From Candidatus Saganbacteria bacterium (GTDB lineage: Bacteria > Margulisbacteria > WOR-1 > JAKLHX01), in the NCBI GenBank assembly GCA_026387835.1, contig JAPLKZ010000010.1:266379-298378 (forward strand): a stretch of DNA of 32,000 nucleotides, read 5' to 3'. A program made the position numbers and the translations under genes. This document shows positions 7,785 to 17,088 of the stretch, one piece after another. The notes below the pieces were generated by a model that was given only the letters and a program-made list of their open reading frames with translations, ran no database searches and was not told where the DNA came from. The number at the start of each line of letters is the position of its first letter. Position 1 is the first letter of the stretch.

Positions 7785-9545
7785 CTAAAATGCCTGGCCG
7801 ATCGAGAAATGCAGAACGCCTTCAGAGAACATCTTATACGCGCCGACACCGAAATCAAGCCTGATGGGACCCATCGGAGTATTAAGTCTGAGACCGAAAC
7901 CCCTGCCGGATATAGAGTTGTCCAAATCGGGCCATCTGGGATGGTACCATGCTTTACCCAGATCATAGAAAAGCACTCCCTGAAATGTTTCGTTGAAAGT
8001 GTAGCGGTATTCGATATTGGCAACATATTTTTTGGTGCCGACCTGCGCCTGGGACGGATCATAGCCCCTGACCGTATTGGCACCGCCAACATAATAGAGC
8101 TCTCCGGGAGGGATATCGCCAACCCCCACGCCTACCCCAAAGTGAAAAGCAAGTACCTGTTTATCTGCCAATTTTAAGAACTGGTTCAAATCGACCGTGT
8201 TCTTTGTGAAATCGGTAGTTATATCCGGCTTGACCTTCCAGCCTTTTGTTATCCCGAAAGTCGCAAACCTTCCCGTGGACGGGTTCATCCAATTATCTCT
8301 TGTGTCATATGCCAGAGAAAACCCTATAGTGTTTGAAGTATAGGGATCAAAATATGTCACTGTCGGTTCGACCCTTTCTGAACCTAGGGTAAGAGTAACA
8401 TTCCATTCATCGTTGACGGGTTTATTTAAACTTAAGTCCCATCCGTTAAATTTCCCGTCGCTTTCAGGCTGGCCGATCAAATATACGTTCTTTCCGATCG
8501 TATACCATCTTCTTACGGTCGCCGAGACCTTATCACCAAGCTTGTCAGGCAGGAACCAGGGATACATGTACCTGAATTGATACGTAGACTGCTGCTGACC
8601 GGCCTGGCCACGGAGCAATATTCCCTGTCCGGTGCCGAAAACGTTCTCCGCACTAAGGTCGAGGAACCCGAACATTCCTTCGCGCTCTCCATAGCCGCCG
8701 CCGAAGTTGATCGTGTTGGTCTTGCTTTCTTTTACCTTAACCAGAAGTATTATCTTGTCAGGAGCAGCCGCAGGTTCGAAGTCCGGAGAAATATCCGAGA
8801 AGAATCCCAGGTTGAATATTCTTTTAAGGTCTTTTGCCAGGACCTTTTCGTTTAAGACCGTACCCGGCTTGCTTTTCATCTCCCTTAAGATCACATAATT
8901 CTTGGTCAGGGTGTTGCCGTCCAAAGCTATCTGTTCTATCGCTCCTTCGACAAGCTTAATTTGAAGGATGTCGGTGTCCGGATCGGTAGTGACGTTGACG
9001 ACCCTTTCAAGGATATATCCGTCCTTGTGATACATATCATCGATGGCCTTGATGTCTTCTTGGATAGATTTGAAAGACATTATCTCCCCCTGCTTTGAAC
9101 GCATCATGGAAAATATCTTTGCCGCGGGATAGACGCTGCATCCTTCTATTGTTATACCCTTCAGGCATGGGTTCTCGACCACATTGAAAGTCACCGCAGT
9201 GCCTTTTCTGGATTTGTTAAGATCCGTTGTCACATCCGCAAAATACCCCATTGCGTATATGGCTTTTACATCATTATTCAGACTTTGCTGGGTCATGCGG
9301 TCTCCAACGCGTATTGATACCTGCTCGAGTATTTTTCCCGACGGGATAATGAAATTACCTTTTATGTTTATTCCGGTTATAAGACTGTCAACGGTCACGG
9401 CATCTGTTTTTGTGACGGCAGGTCCGGTCAAGCTACCAAGATCTGGCGCGGACTTCAGGCTGAAATCTATCGCCAGCGAAATGCCTGACAGCAGAAAAAC
9501 CGCGGCCGAGATGCAAAATATTTTTTTCATGTCTGATACTTTCAT
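7785..9545 (-). CDS. bamA: Outer-membrane assembly factor BamA/Omp85 (POTRA repeats plus C-terminal barrel)
   Basis: Signal peptide, repeated POTRA-like segments (IYAMGYFADVTTDL..., LKRIFNLGFFSDISPDF), NTVRGYDPSQ motif, FRLNTPMGPIRLDFGVG, C-terminal aromatic FSIGQAF. Start is 9545 or internal Met 9530. Confidence 0.93.
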   Translation of the reverse strand: MKVSDMKKIFCISAAVFLLSGISLAIDFSLKSAPDLGSLTGPAVTKTDAVTVDSLITGINIKGNFIIPSGKILEQVSIRVGDRMTQQSLNNDVKAIYAMGYFADVTTDLNKSRKGTAVTFNVVENPCLKGITIEGCSVYPAAKIFSMMRSKQGEIMSFKSIQEDIKAIDDMYHKDGYILERVVNVTTDPDTDILQIKLVEGAIEQIALDGNTLTKNYVILREMKSKPGTVLNEKVLAKDLKRIFNLGFFSDISPDFEPAAAPDKIILLVKVKESKTNTINFGGGYGEREGMFGFLDLSAENVFGTGQGILLRGQAGQQQSTYQFRYMYPWFLPDKLGDKVSATVRRWYTIGKNVYLIGQPESDGKFNGWDLSLNKPVNDEWNVTLTLGSERVEPTVTYFDPYTSNTIGFSLAYDTRDNWMNPSTGRFATFGITKGWKVKPDITTDFTKNTVDLNQFLKLADKQVLAFHFGVGVGVGDIPPGELYYVGGANTVRGYDPSQAQVGTKKYVANIEYRYTFNETFQGVLFYDLGKAWYHPRWPDLDNSISGRGFGLRLNTPMGPIRLDFGVGAYKMFSEGVLHFSIGQAF

Positions 9546-9582
9546 TTTACTTTAATTATACAAATTTATCCACACCTTGTTT

Positions 9583-12500
9583 TCAAAAAACGTACGCGTA
9601 CTGAAGCATGAGCTTGTAATATGTAACGCTCCAATCCTTGATATAAGGCATCGGTTCCCTGTAATAAGCCAGCGAATAATATCTGTCGATCTTCCAGGAT
9701 ATCTGATAATTGAAAGATGAATTGTTGTAAACCGTGTTCTGCTGCGTTGACTGCGCGTACTTCAACTGAATAAATATTTTATCAAAAAAGCCCTTAGCTA
9801 TGCCCACGGCCAGCTGTGGTTTGTCTGTATATCCGTACTCTCCGCGTCTTGTCGGAAGGTATTTTTCAAGGTCTCGTCCGAAATTGTAGTCCAGCGTAAA
9901 GCTCTCGAGCCCCAGCGCTTTTTCCACATTGCCTGTTATACTTTTTACAAGATATGAGTTTATGCTGGAGTTAAGGTAATCCACGAGTATCGCGTTCGTA
10001 TCCATAACCCCGCCCGTATTTGACAGGTTCAACGTGTCCCTGACAAAATCAGGCAGTATTATCTCTCTTATTTTATTCTGGTCATAAGTAGTGCTGACCA
10101 TCGGCGGTGTTTTTGAGGCGTCTTCCTTGAACGCGAAAAACTGGATGTTTAAAGGTCTCGCTTTTTCTTTGTCCGAAGGAATGCCGGTCGCTCTTGTCAG
10201 GACATATACTTTTTGCTGGGTATATTCCTGCGGCACACCGCTGTCGATCCCTGACGCAGGAGGCGTGGATTGAGCAACTTTTTCTTTTACCTTGACCTCG
10301 CTCTGCGCCGTGATCGACAGATAAGGCAGAGCAGAGGTTAAACCGCTGCCCCCCGAGAATATGGCTGTGTTTTTCATGATCATTGACCTGTTCAAGCTGA
10401 AATATTGCTCTTGTTTATCTTCGGATAGGATATTAAAATCCCTTCCCAGGATGTTAACCGTACCGCTTTTTATATCTACGTCTCCTATGATTGTCGGGGA
10501 TGACAGGAAACCTTTTAACTCAAGATTTTCAGAGGCTACTTCAAGGTTAATATTAGACATGTCCAGAGAGATCGGCCTGTTCGACTCCCCCTGGACAAGA
10601 TAGACCGATTTGCCGATATTAAGATCGACATCAAAACCGATGTCGACAAAAGGAGCTGCGTCGTTTTGTTTTCCCTGTGGGATTATTACCTTACCGTCAT
10701 GTATGTTAAGGTCTGCTGACAAAACAGCTTTTTGCCTCTTGCTTAATGACCCGTCCATTGATAGCGTGCCTTTCAGGCTCAGGCGCCTCAAATCCGCCTG
10801 CCCGGAATAAAACCCGGGGATGCCGACCGAACCTGTCACGGGAGCTGCTGCGATATTCAGCCAGATCTGTTTTTTGCCGATCAGGTCTGCGAGATCGATA
10901 TCTCCCGCGATAGAAAAAACATCGGATTTTTTCAGTGTCCTGTCTCCCGAGATAGTGCCGGAAAATCTTTTTATCGTCATATAGCTGTCCACTATCTTTA
11001 TGTCCGCGTCAAAGTCATACAAAGTCGATCTGATCTGGTCGATATTGACTACAGCATCATTTATAACGACACTTCCGTTTATTAAAGGTTTATCTATTGT
11101 CCCGCTTAAGTCGAGATCTACTTGCCCTCCTCCCGAAGTCCAACTCACCCCTTTAAACAGCGTAACAAGAAGTCCGGCATTGTCCCCGGCCAGATCTATC
11201 TTGATGTCGATATTTTTTCCCGAGACAAAAGGCATCCTGCCTTTTATAGAAGCTTTCTGCTTGCCGTTGCGTATATCAAGCTCCTCGATATCCAGCATGC
11301 CTCCGGAGTAACGGGCTTTTGAATAAAGGCTTTCGACATAAAAACCTCCCACGGTTGTTTTGCTTATAGAAAAGACGGCATTGATATTGGGATCGAAATA
11401 TTTGCCGTTTGCAGAAGCTTTAACTGTGAGCCTGCCGTCTATAGGAAAAGAAAGGCCGGTCGCGGTCTCTATCTTTTCCGCCGGAAGGTCTTTGGCGGAA
11501 ACATTCAGATCTATAGGACCTTTAACATCGATCATGCCCGATGCATCAAGATTTCCTCCATGATCTTTCAATGACAGGCCATTCAGGTATATTTTCCCGC
11601 TTTTATATGAGCCGGATACATCCAGGCTGTCAAAATCATATTGCCCCAACAGACCGTTGATTATCCTGACCGAGCCTTTGACTTCAACATCCGCTCCCCT
11701 GCCTTTTACAAATATGTTCGCTCCAAGCAAGCCGGATATTTTAAGTTTTGAAATATCGAGCGCGCGCTGCTGTTCTGCCGACGGTTTGACGCTCTTTGTC
11801 CATGCCTTCAGAAAAGCGTTATCCGGAGTGAACAAAACGTCTCCTTTTTGTGATCTATATCCTGACAGATCAGGGAACGAAATATCATCTTTTCTTATCG
11901 CCACCTTTATCGGGGCTTTGTCCGCAGATCCGATCATCCTCAACGCTTCGGAATAGACCATGCTGCTGATCTGGACCGCTGTACTTAACCCGCCCCTGTT
12001 TGTATAGATCTGACCGGAGTAAGACGGCTCTTTCCCGTTAAGGTCCAGCTCTGCGGAGACAGAATATCTGTCAGCGCCCTGACTGATGATAACCGGTCCT
12101 TCGACGGAAATGAATTTATCTTTATACTTTATTGTTCCGTCTAACCTATCCAGCTTTATCTCATTAAAGACAAGGTCTTTTACTCTAAAATTGAGCAAGG
12201 CCAAGGGATGAGAGAATTTCCCGCTGATATTTCCGTTGAACACGGCGCACCCATTGATCCTTGCGAACCTCTGTGTGAGCGGCCTGAGCCTTGCAAGATC
12301 GATATTTCCGCTTAAGTTTATGTCCGCTTTATCATCAAGCCCGGCCTTGCCGGATATAGAAATGTTAGAGTCGCTGTTTGTCAGGGTGATATTCTTTATC
12401 TCGAGTTTCTTTTCCTTTAATTGGAACGATGCTTTTGCCGTTTTGACCTCTTCGCCTGATAATATCGCATCCTTAAGTTCCATCTCGCATGAAACATCAA

Positions 12501-14232
12501 GCCCCTGCAGGATCTCAAGAGGTGTAGTCCCTTTGTCCGGCACTCCTTTTATTGCGACGTTCACATCCAGCAAACCTTTATTACTTCCTCTTTCGGAGGG
12601 TGCGAATTTGTCAATGATCTTAAAGTCGGCCACATTGGCATTCTTGGCCCTGATCATTATCGAGGAGGCCGTGCCTCTCGCAAGTGCCCCGCTGGCCTCT
12701 ATCTTAGAGTCACCGGCAAATAAAATAAACTTTTTTAGTTCAAAAGCTCCCTTTTTCAGTGAGGCCTGCGCCTCTGCAGAAGTAATGTCCTGCATAGATA
12801 TCCTTGCGTCCGAAATTTTCATCTGTGCATCAAAATTGATATTTTGAAACGGTCTTTTGAACAAGGAATCGTCGATCCGGCCAGAAATATTTCCTTCAAA
12901 ATAATCGAGGGTCCCTCGTACGCCATCCAGGAAATACGGGTTGCTGACACTGAATCTGCTTGCCGAAGCCCTGGCATAAAATGAAAGGTCCTTTTCTATC
13001 CTGCCGGAAGAGACGACCTTGGACTGCCCGTTGAATATTTCGACCCGGTCAAACGTGACGCATCCCCTCTCAAAAACAGCTGTGCCAGTTATCCTGTCGG
13101 CGTTTTGACCTGCAAGTGACGCATCAGAAAGAGAAGCTTCTGCTGTTAAATTGACATTCTCGCCAGCTCCGTTTATCAGGACGTTCCCGCTTGCAAGTCC
13201 TTTTGTTCCGGCAAGACCGCCGGAAAGTTTTTTCAGATCAGCTTTCGAAAAATTGACCTCCCCGTTAATAAGGGGTGTTTTTACCGCGAATAGCACAGCC
13301 AGGTTACCCGTTGTTGTCCCGCCGCAGAATGTTCCATTATCAGAACCGAGAACTAACCTTTTTTCATCAAAAGATATGTCAATTTTTCCGGAAAACGGTC
13401 TCCCATATATGTTCCCGTCAGAAATGCTTACGCTTCCTTTTATAAACATCTTCGGAAGTGTCTGGATATCAAGACTGACTGCGGTTTTACCGTTAAGGTC
13501 TGTAGCTTTTACGGCCGGGATCGCAAGATACTTGATCCACGGATTTGCTTTGAGCCCGGCAGCCGTCAATTTTATCCTTGCCCTTGAAGTTTTCAGGTTT
13601 ATTTTGCCTTCCGATCTTATCGGGGCCCCGTCCGACAGGCATGAAACCGCAAAAAATATCTTGTCTTTTTTGCTAAGATCGGCAGTCCCTGTCACATTGG
13701 CGATCTTTGAGACAAACGGCTGTTTGAGGTGTTCGGGACCGAATCCGGAAAGGTCCCTGAAATCTACGGTGCCGTTACGGATGAAGATCTTGCCCTTGAA
13801 CGGAGGAGGAGGGGCCCCGCCGCCGCCGGGATCCAGCAATTTCGCAAGGTTCCACGAACCGTCCTTTTCATGCTCCAAATAGACCTTAGGTTCGAAAACC
13901 TCGATCTTCCCTATAGCAGAGATAATGTCTTTTACCGCAAGCACCCGGATCACGTTGTAATGGACTTTCGCCCTTTTTATGGTTATTACGCTTCCCTGTG
14001 ACAGTTTTTTGAACTTCGCGATCCTGACATCGTTCAAAGTAATAGAGTCCAAAAGTATCTCATCGACCGAACCGACCGAGATCTCCCTGCCCATCATCGC
14101 GGACGCTTGTTTTGATATTTCTTCTTTTATGTTTGAGAAAATAGGGTTCTCAATATTGAAAAAGGGGATGCTTTGGGCGCAGGAAAACGTCAATAAAAAG
14201 ATAATACATCCACAACAGATCTTTTTGATCAT
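9583..14232 (-). CDS. tamB: TamB/DUF490-family AsmA-like giant envelope protein
   Basis: 1549 aa, N-terminal signal/lipoprotein-like segment, repetitive beta-rich G.....F..L.......I.V pattern, C-terminal LSNTGGVMDTNAILVDYLNSSINSYL...LESFTLDYNFG, immediately upstream of bamA. Confidence 0.85.
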   Translation of the reverse strand: MIKKICCGCIIFLLTFSCAQSIPFFNIENPIFSNIKEEISKQASAMMGREISVGSVDEILLDSITLNDVRIAKFKKLSQGSVITIKRAKVHYNVIRVLAVKDIISAIGKIEVFEPKVYLEHEKDGSWNLAKLLDPGGGGAPPPPFKGKIFIRNGTVDFRDLSGFGPEHLKQPFVSKIANVTGTADLSKKDKIFFAVSCLSDGAPIRSEGKINLKTSRARIKLTAAGLKANPWIKYLAIPAVKATDLNGKTAVSLDIQTLPKMFIKGSVSISDGNIYGRPFSGKIDISFDEKRLVLGSDNGTFCGGTTTGNLAVLFAVKTPLINGEVNFSKADLKKLSGGLAGTKGLASGNVLINGAGENVNLTAEASLSDASLAGQNADRITGTAVFERGCVTFDRVEIFNGQSKVVSSGRIEKDLSFYARASASRFSVSNPYFLDGVRGTLDYFEGNISGRIDDSLFKRPFQNINFDAQMKISDARISMQDITSAEAQASLKKGAFELKKFILFAGDSKIEASGALARGTASSIMIRAKNANVADFKIIDKFAPSERGSNKGLLDVNVAIKGVPDKGTTPLEILQGLDVSCEMELKDAILSGEEVKTAKASFQLKEKKLEIKNITLTNSDSNISISGKAGLDDKADINLSGNIDLARLRPLTQRFARINGCAVFNGNISGKFSHPLALLNFRVKDLVFNEIKLDRLDGTIKYKDKFISVEGPVIISQGADRYSVSAELDLNGKEPSYSGQIYTNRGGLSTAVQISSMVYSEALRMIGSADKAPIKVAIRKDDISFPDLSGYRSQKGDVLFTPDNAFLKAWTKSVKPSAEQQRALDISKLKISGLLGANIFVKGRGADVEVKGSVRIINGLLGQYDFDSLDVSGSYKSGKIYLNGLSLKDHGGNLDASGMIDVKGPIDLNVSAKDLPAEKIETATGLSFPIDGRLTVKASANGKYFDPNINAVFSISKTTVGGFYVESLYSKARYSGGMLDIEELDIRNGKQKASIKGRMPFVSGKNIDIKIDLAGDNAGLLVTLFKGVSWTSGGGQVDLDLSGTIDKPLINGSVVINDAVVNIDQIRSTLYDFDADIKIVDSYMTIKRFSGTISGDRTLKKSDVFSIAGDIDLADLIGKKQIWLNIAAAPVTGSVGIPGFYSGQADLRRLSLKGTLSMDGSLSKRQKAVLSADLNIHDGKVIIPQGKQNDAAPFVDIGFDVDLNIGKSVYLVQGESNRPISLDMSNINLEVASENLELKGFLSSPTIIGDVDIKSGTVNILGRDFNILSEDKQEQYFSLNRSMIMKNTAIFSGGSGLTSALPYLSITAQSEVKVKEKVAQSTPPASGIDSGVPQEYTQQKVYVLTRATGIPSDKEKARPLNIQFFAFKEDASKTPPMVSTTYDQNKIREIILPDFVRDTLNLSNTGGVMDTNAILVDYLNSSINSYLVKSITGNVEKALGLESFTLDYNFGRDLEKYLPTRRGEYGYTDKPQLAVGIAKGFFDKIFIQLKYAQSTQQNTVYNNSSFNYQISWKIDRYYSLAYYREPMPYIKDWSVTYYKLMLQYAYVF

Positions 14233-14284
14233 TAGAAAAATTATAACACCTAATATATTTCGTGGAAAGGAGATTTTTCGGGGT

Positions 14285-15346
14285 CTATAACAAGCTTATC
14301 TGCGAGGCCGGCTGCTGAACATCTTTTTGATTTCTTGCCTGCGGAGGCGTTTTGCCGATATGCCGGTAAGCTGCTTCTGTAAGGACCCTTCCTTTTGGCG
14401 TGCGGTCCAAAAATCCTATCTGCATGAGATACGGTTCATAGACGTCTTCTATCGTGCCGGGATCTTCGCTTATCGCCGCAGATATGGTATCAACGCCTAC
14501 AGGACCGCCGGAAAATTTTTCAGCGATGACAAGAAGGATCTTACGGTCGACATTGTCCAGCCCCAGTTCATCTACGTCAAGATGCTTCAGGGCGGAAGCG
14601 GCGACTTCTTTTGTGATGGAACCGCCCGCTTTTACCTGGCACCAGTCCCTGACGCGCCTTAGAAGCCTGTTGGCTATGCGAGGTGTCCCCCTTGCTCTTC
14701 TTGCGATGGCAAGCGCACCTTCTTTGTCAATATGGACACTCAGTATCTCAGCAGCTGCTTCAATTATTTTTGTAAGCTCCTGAGGAGTGTAAAATTCCAG
14801 CCTGGAGATCATCCCGAACCTGTCGCGGAACGGCCCCGTCAACAGGCCTATCCGTGTCGTAGCGCCTATCAGCGTGAACTTCGGAAGGTCAAGCCTTATG
14901 GACCTTGCGCTCGGACCTTTGCCGATCACTATATCAAGGCCGAAATCCTCCATCGCCGGGTATAATATTTCTTCAACCACTTTGTTCAGGCGGTGTATCT
15001 CGTCAATAAAAAGGACATCATTCTCGGAGAGGTTGGTAAGTATCGCCGCGAGGTCCCCGGGCCTCTCGATTGCCGGGCCGGAAGTCGTTTTGATATTGAC
15101 TCCCATCTCGTTCGCCAGGATGTTCGCGAGGGTCGTCTTGCCAAGCCCGGGAGGACCGTAGAGCAGAATATGCTCCAGTGTCTCGCCGCGCTTTTTAGCG
15201 GCGTCCATGACGACCGTTATGCTTTCTTTGACTTTTTCCTGGCCGATATAGTTGTCTATCCTGCGCGGCCGTAGCCCGCTGAAAGCGGCGTCTTCATCGC
15301 TTCTCCCCAGAGTGACGATCCTGCTTTTATCCTCGTTCATTGACAT
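14285..15346 (-). CDS. ruvB: Holliday junction branch migration helicase RuvB
   Basis: [97 protein letters not shown]. Confidence 0.97.
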   Translation of the reverse strand: MSMNEDKSRIVTLGRSDEDAAFSGLRPRRIDNYIGQEKVKESITVVMDAAKKRGETLEHILLYGPPGLGKTTLANILANEMGVNIKTTSGPAIERPGDLAAILTNLSENDVLFIDEIHRLNKVVEEILYPAMEDFGLDIVIGKGPSARSIRLDLPKFTLIGATTRIGLLTGPFRDRFGMISRLEFYTPQELTKIIEAAAEILSVHIDKEGALAIARRARGTPRIANRLLRRVRDWCQVKAGGSITKEVAASALKHLDVDELGLDNVDRKILLVIAEKFSGGPVGVDTISAAISEDPGTIEDVYEPYLMQIGFLDRTPKGRVLTEAAYRHIGKTPPQARNQKDVQQPASQISLL

Positions 15347-15376
15347 AAGTTTATCATAGAAAAGGCGGTATAGCCC

Positions 15377-17035
15377 TTAACTTTGGCCATAGATCCTTAT
15401 ATACTGCCAGTAGCTTTCAAGGACTTTTTTTACGTACAATTTTGTCTCGGCTAACGGGATGCTTTCAACAAACTCGTCGATATCGGAATGATCGATCCTG
15501 TTCAGCCATTTATCCACATTGCCCGCTCCTCCGTTATATGAGGCTAGCGCAAGATATTTATCTCCGCCGAATCTTTTAAGCAGCTGTGAAAGATAATAGA
15601 CCCCCATTTTAATATTCAAGTTGGGATTGAAAAGATATTTCGTCCTGTAAGGCCTGAGATAAAGCCTTGTTGCTATCCCTCTTCCTGTACGGGGCATTAT
15701 CTGAGCAAGGCCTCTCGCGCTTGACCTTGAAACAGCTCTGGGGTTAAAGCGGCTTTCTTCCCTGATCAGCGCGAACACAAGGTACGGATCGACGCCGTAT
15801 TTTTCGGCGACGGCAAATACCTGGCTCTTAAAAGCTGTCGGATAAGCAAGGTTCATCGCGAGATATTTTTCGCTGTCGAGATCCGTAGAATAGAAATCGT
15901 ACTCTCCGGCCTTTTCAAGTGTTTTTATGGAGTGATAATAGTTCTTCTGCAGATTGAGTAAAAGAGAGAGGCATAGCTTTCCGGTCTTTATGTCTCGCTC
16001 GCTTGAGCTTGAATAGACCATTGTTTTTGCTTCGCTGGCCGCATCTTCAAAATATTTTATGCTGAGGAGCTCTTTAAATTTTTCAAAGTGGATATTGGCT
16101 ATTGCCAGCTCGCTGAGCTTCGGAAGGCTGACTCCCGACTCCGGGACACTTTGGACCTGGTAATTAAGGATCTGGCAGGCGCGCATGCCATAATACGTGT
16201 ACGGATAATTTACAGTTATATACTCTAATAGTTTGTGCTGCTCGCCGACCAGGCCGGCTTTTTCGGCACTCTTTGCCCGCCAAAAAACGCATTTTGAGAC
16301 TATCCGCGGATCGGCATCTCCGGGATACTGCCCGAGCTTTATAAAAGCACTTTCAAAATCCCCGCTCTTGTAGAGAATAAATCCTTCGCGCCAAACTTCG
16401 TTTGCTGAGTCATCAGGAGAAATGTCTACTGCAAAAAGTGACCTGGTCTGCTTATATATTTGCTGCACCGAGCTTAATATCGAAACTGCTCCCATCTGAT
16501 TTATTTTTTTCTTTGAGACCTTCGTTGTCCTGCTCTTGGGATAATTTACCACTATTTCCGAATAGCGTTCTGCGGCCTCGTCCAAATATCCCAGTTTCTC
16601 AAGACACTGCGCTGCCCTGAAAATGACCACGTCCCTGGAAAAGACCGGGACATTGAAAGAAAGGGATTTTTCAAAATTGGCTATCGCGTTTAAAAAGTCG
16701 CCTTTTCCGGCATACAGCTCGCCGAGCCTGTAATACGCCTTGCCGACAAAAACGCTCTCAGGGAATTTATTTGTCAGATTGGTATATTCTATTTCGGCCT
16801 GTTGTTTATTGCCCGAGACGTCAAATGCCGCTGCCAGTCTGAACGCTGCATGATCATTAAGGATATACGAATCATTTTCTGCCAAAGGCGCAAGCATGTT
16901 CACTGCCTGCTGGAACCTGCCTTTATTGATAAAATAACAGGCTTTTTTATAATCGGCCGAGGACTGTGAGTAACAAAATGATGTGCCGGAAAGAATTACT
17001 GCAAATATTAATCCTAGAACTCCGGAGTTTTTCAT
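15377..17035 (-). CDS. Soluble lytic murein transglycosylase (SLT) with N-terminal TPR-like repeats
   Basis: Signal peptide, TPR-like region, SLT core VDPYLVFALIREESRFNPRAVSRSSARGLAQIMPRTG and LASYNGGAGNVDKWL. Confidence 0.93.
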   Translation of the reverse strand: MKNSGVLGLIFAVILSGTSFCYSQSSADYKKACYFINKGRFQQAVNMLAPLAENDSYILNDHAAFRLAAAFDVSGNKQQAEIEYTNLTNKFPESVFVGKAYYRLGELYAGKGDFLNAIANFEKSLSFNVPVFSRDVVIFRAAQCLEKLGYLDEAAERYSEIVVNYPKSRTTKVSKKKINQMGAVSILSSVQQIYKQTRSLFAVDISPDDSANEVWREGFILYKSGDFESAFIKLGQYPGDADPRIVSKCVFWRAKSAEKAGLVGEQHKLLEYITVNYPYTYYGMRACQILNYQVQSVPESGVSLPKLSELAIANIHFEKFKELLSIKYFEDAASEAKTMVYSSSSERDIKTGKLCLSLLLNLQKNYYHSIKTLEKAGEYDFYSTDLDSEKYLAMNLAYPTAFKSQVFAVAEKYGVDPYLVFALIREESRFNPRAVSRSSARGLAQIMPRTGRGIATRLYLRPYRTKYLFNPNLNIKMGVYYLSQLLKRFGGDKYLALASYNGGAGNVDKWLNRIDHSDIDEFVESIPLAETKLYVKKVLESYWQYIRIYGQS

Positions 17036-17088
17036 CAGAACTATTCTATCACTTTTCCGAAATTTTACACTGCTTTTTTTGAAGTATA

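Noticed and set aside
12236-12847. Long plus-strand ORFs (e.g. 12236-12847, 13151-13882, 29034-29765)
   Set aside because: They lie antisense to tamB or to the FGE/pyrB region, which are confidently coding. Composition is low-complexity-like and there are no family motifs; they are typical shadow ORFs.
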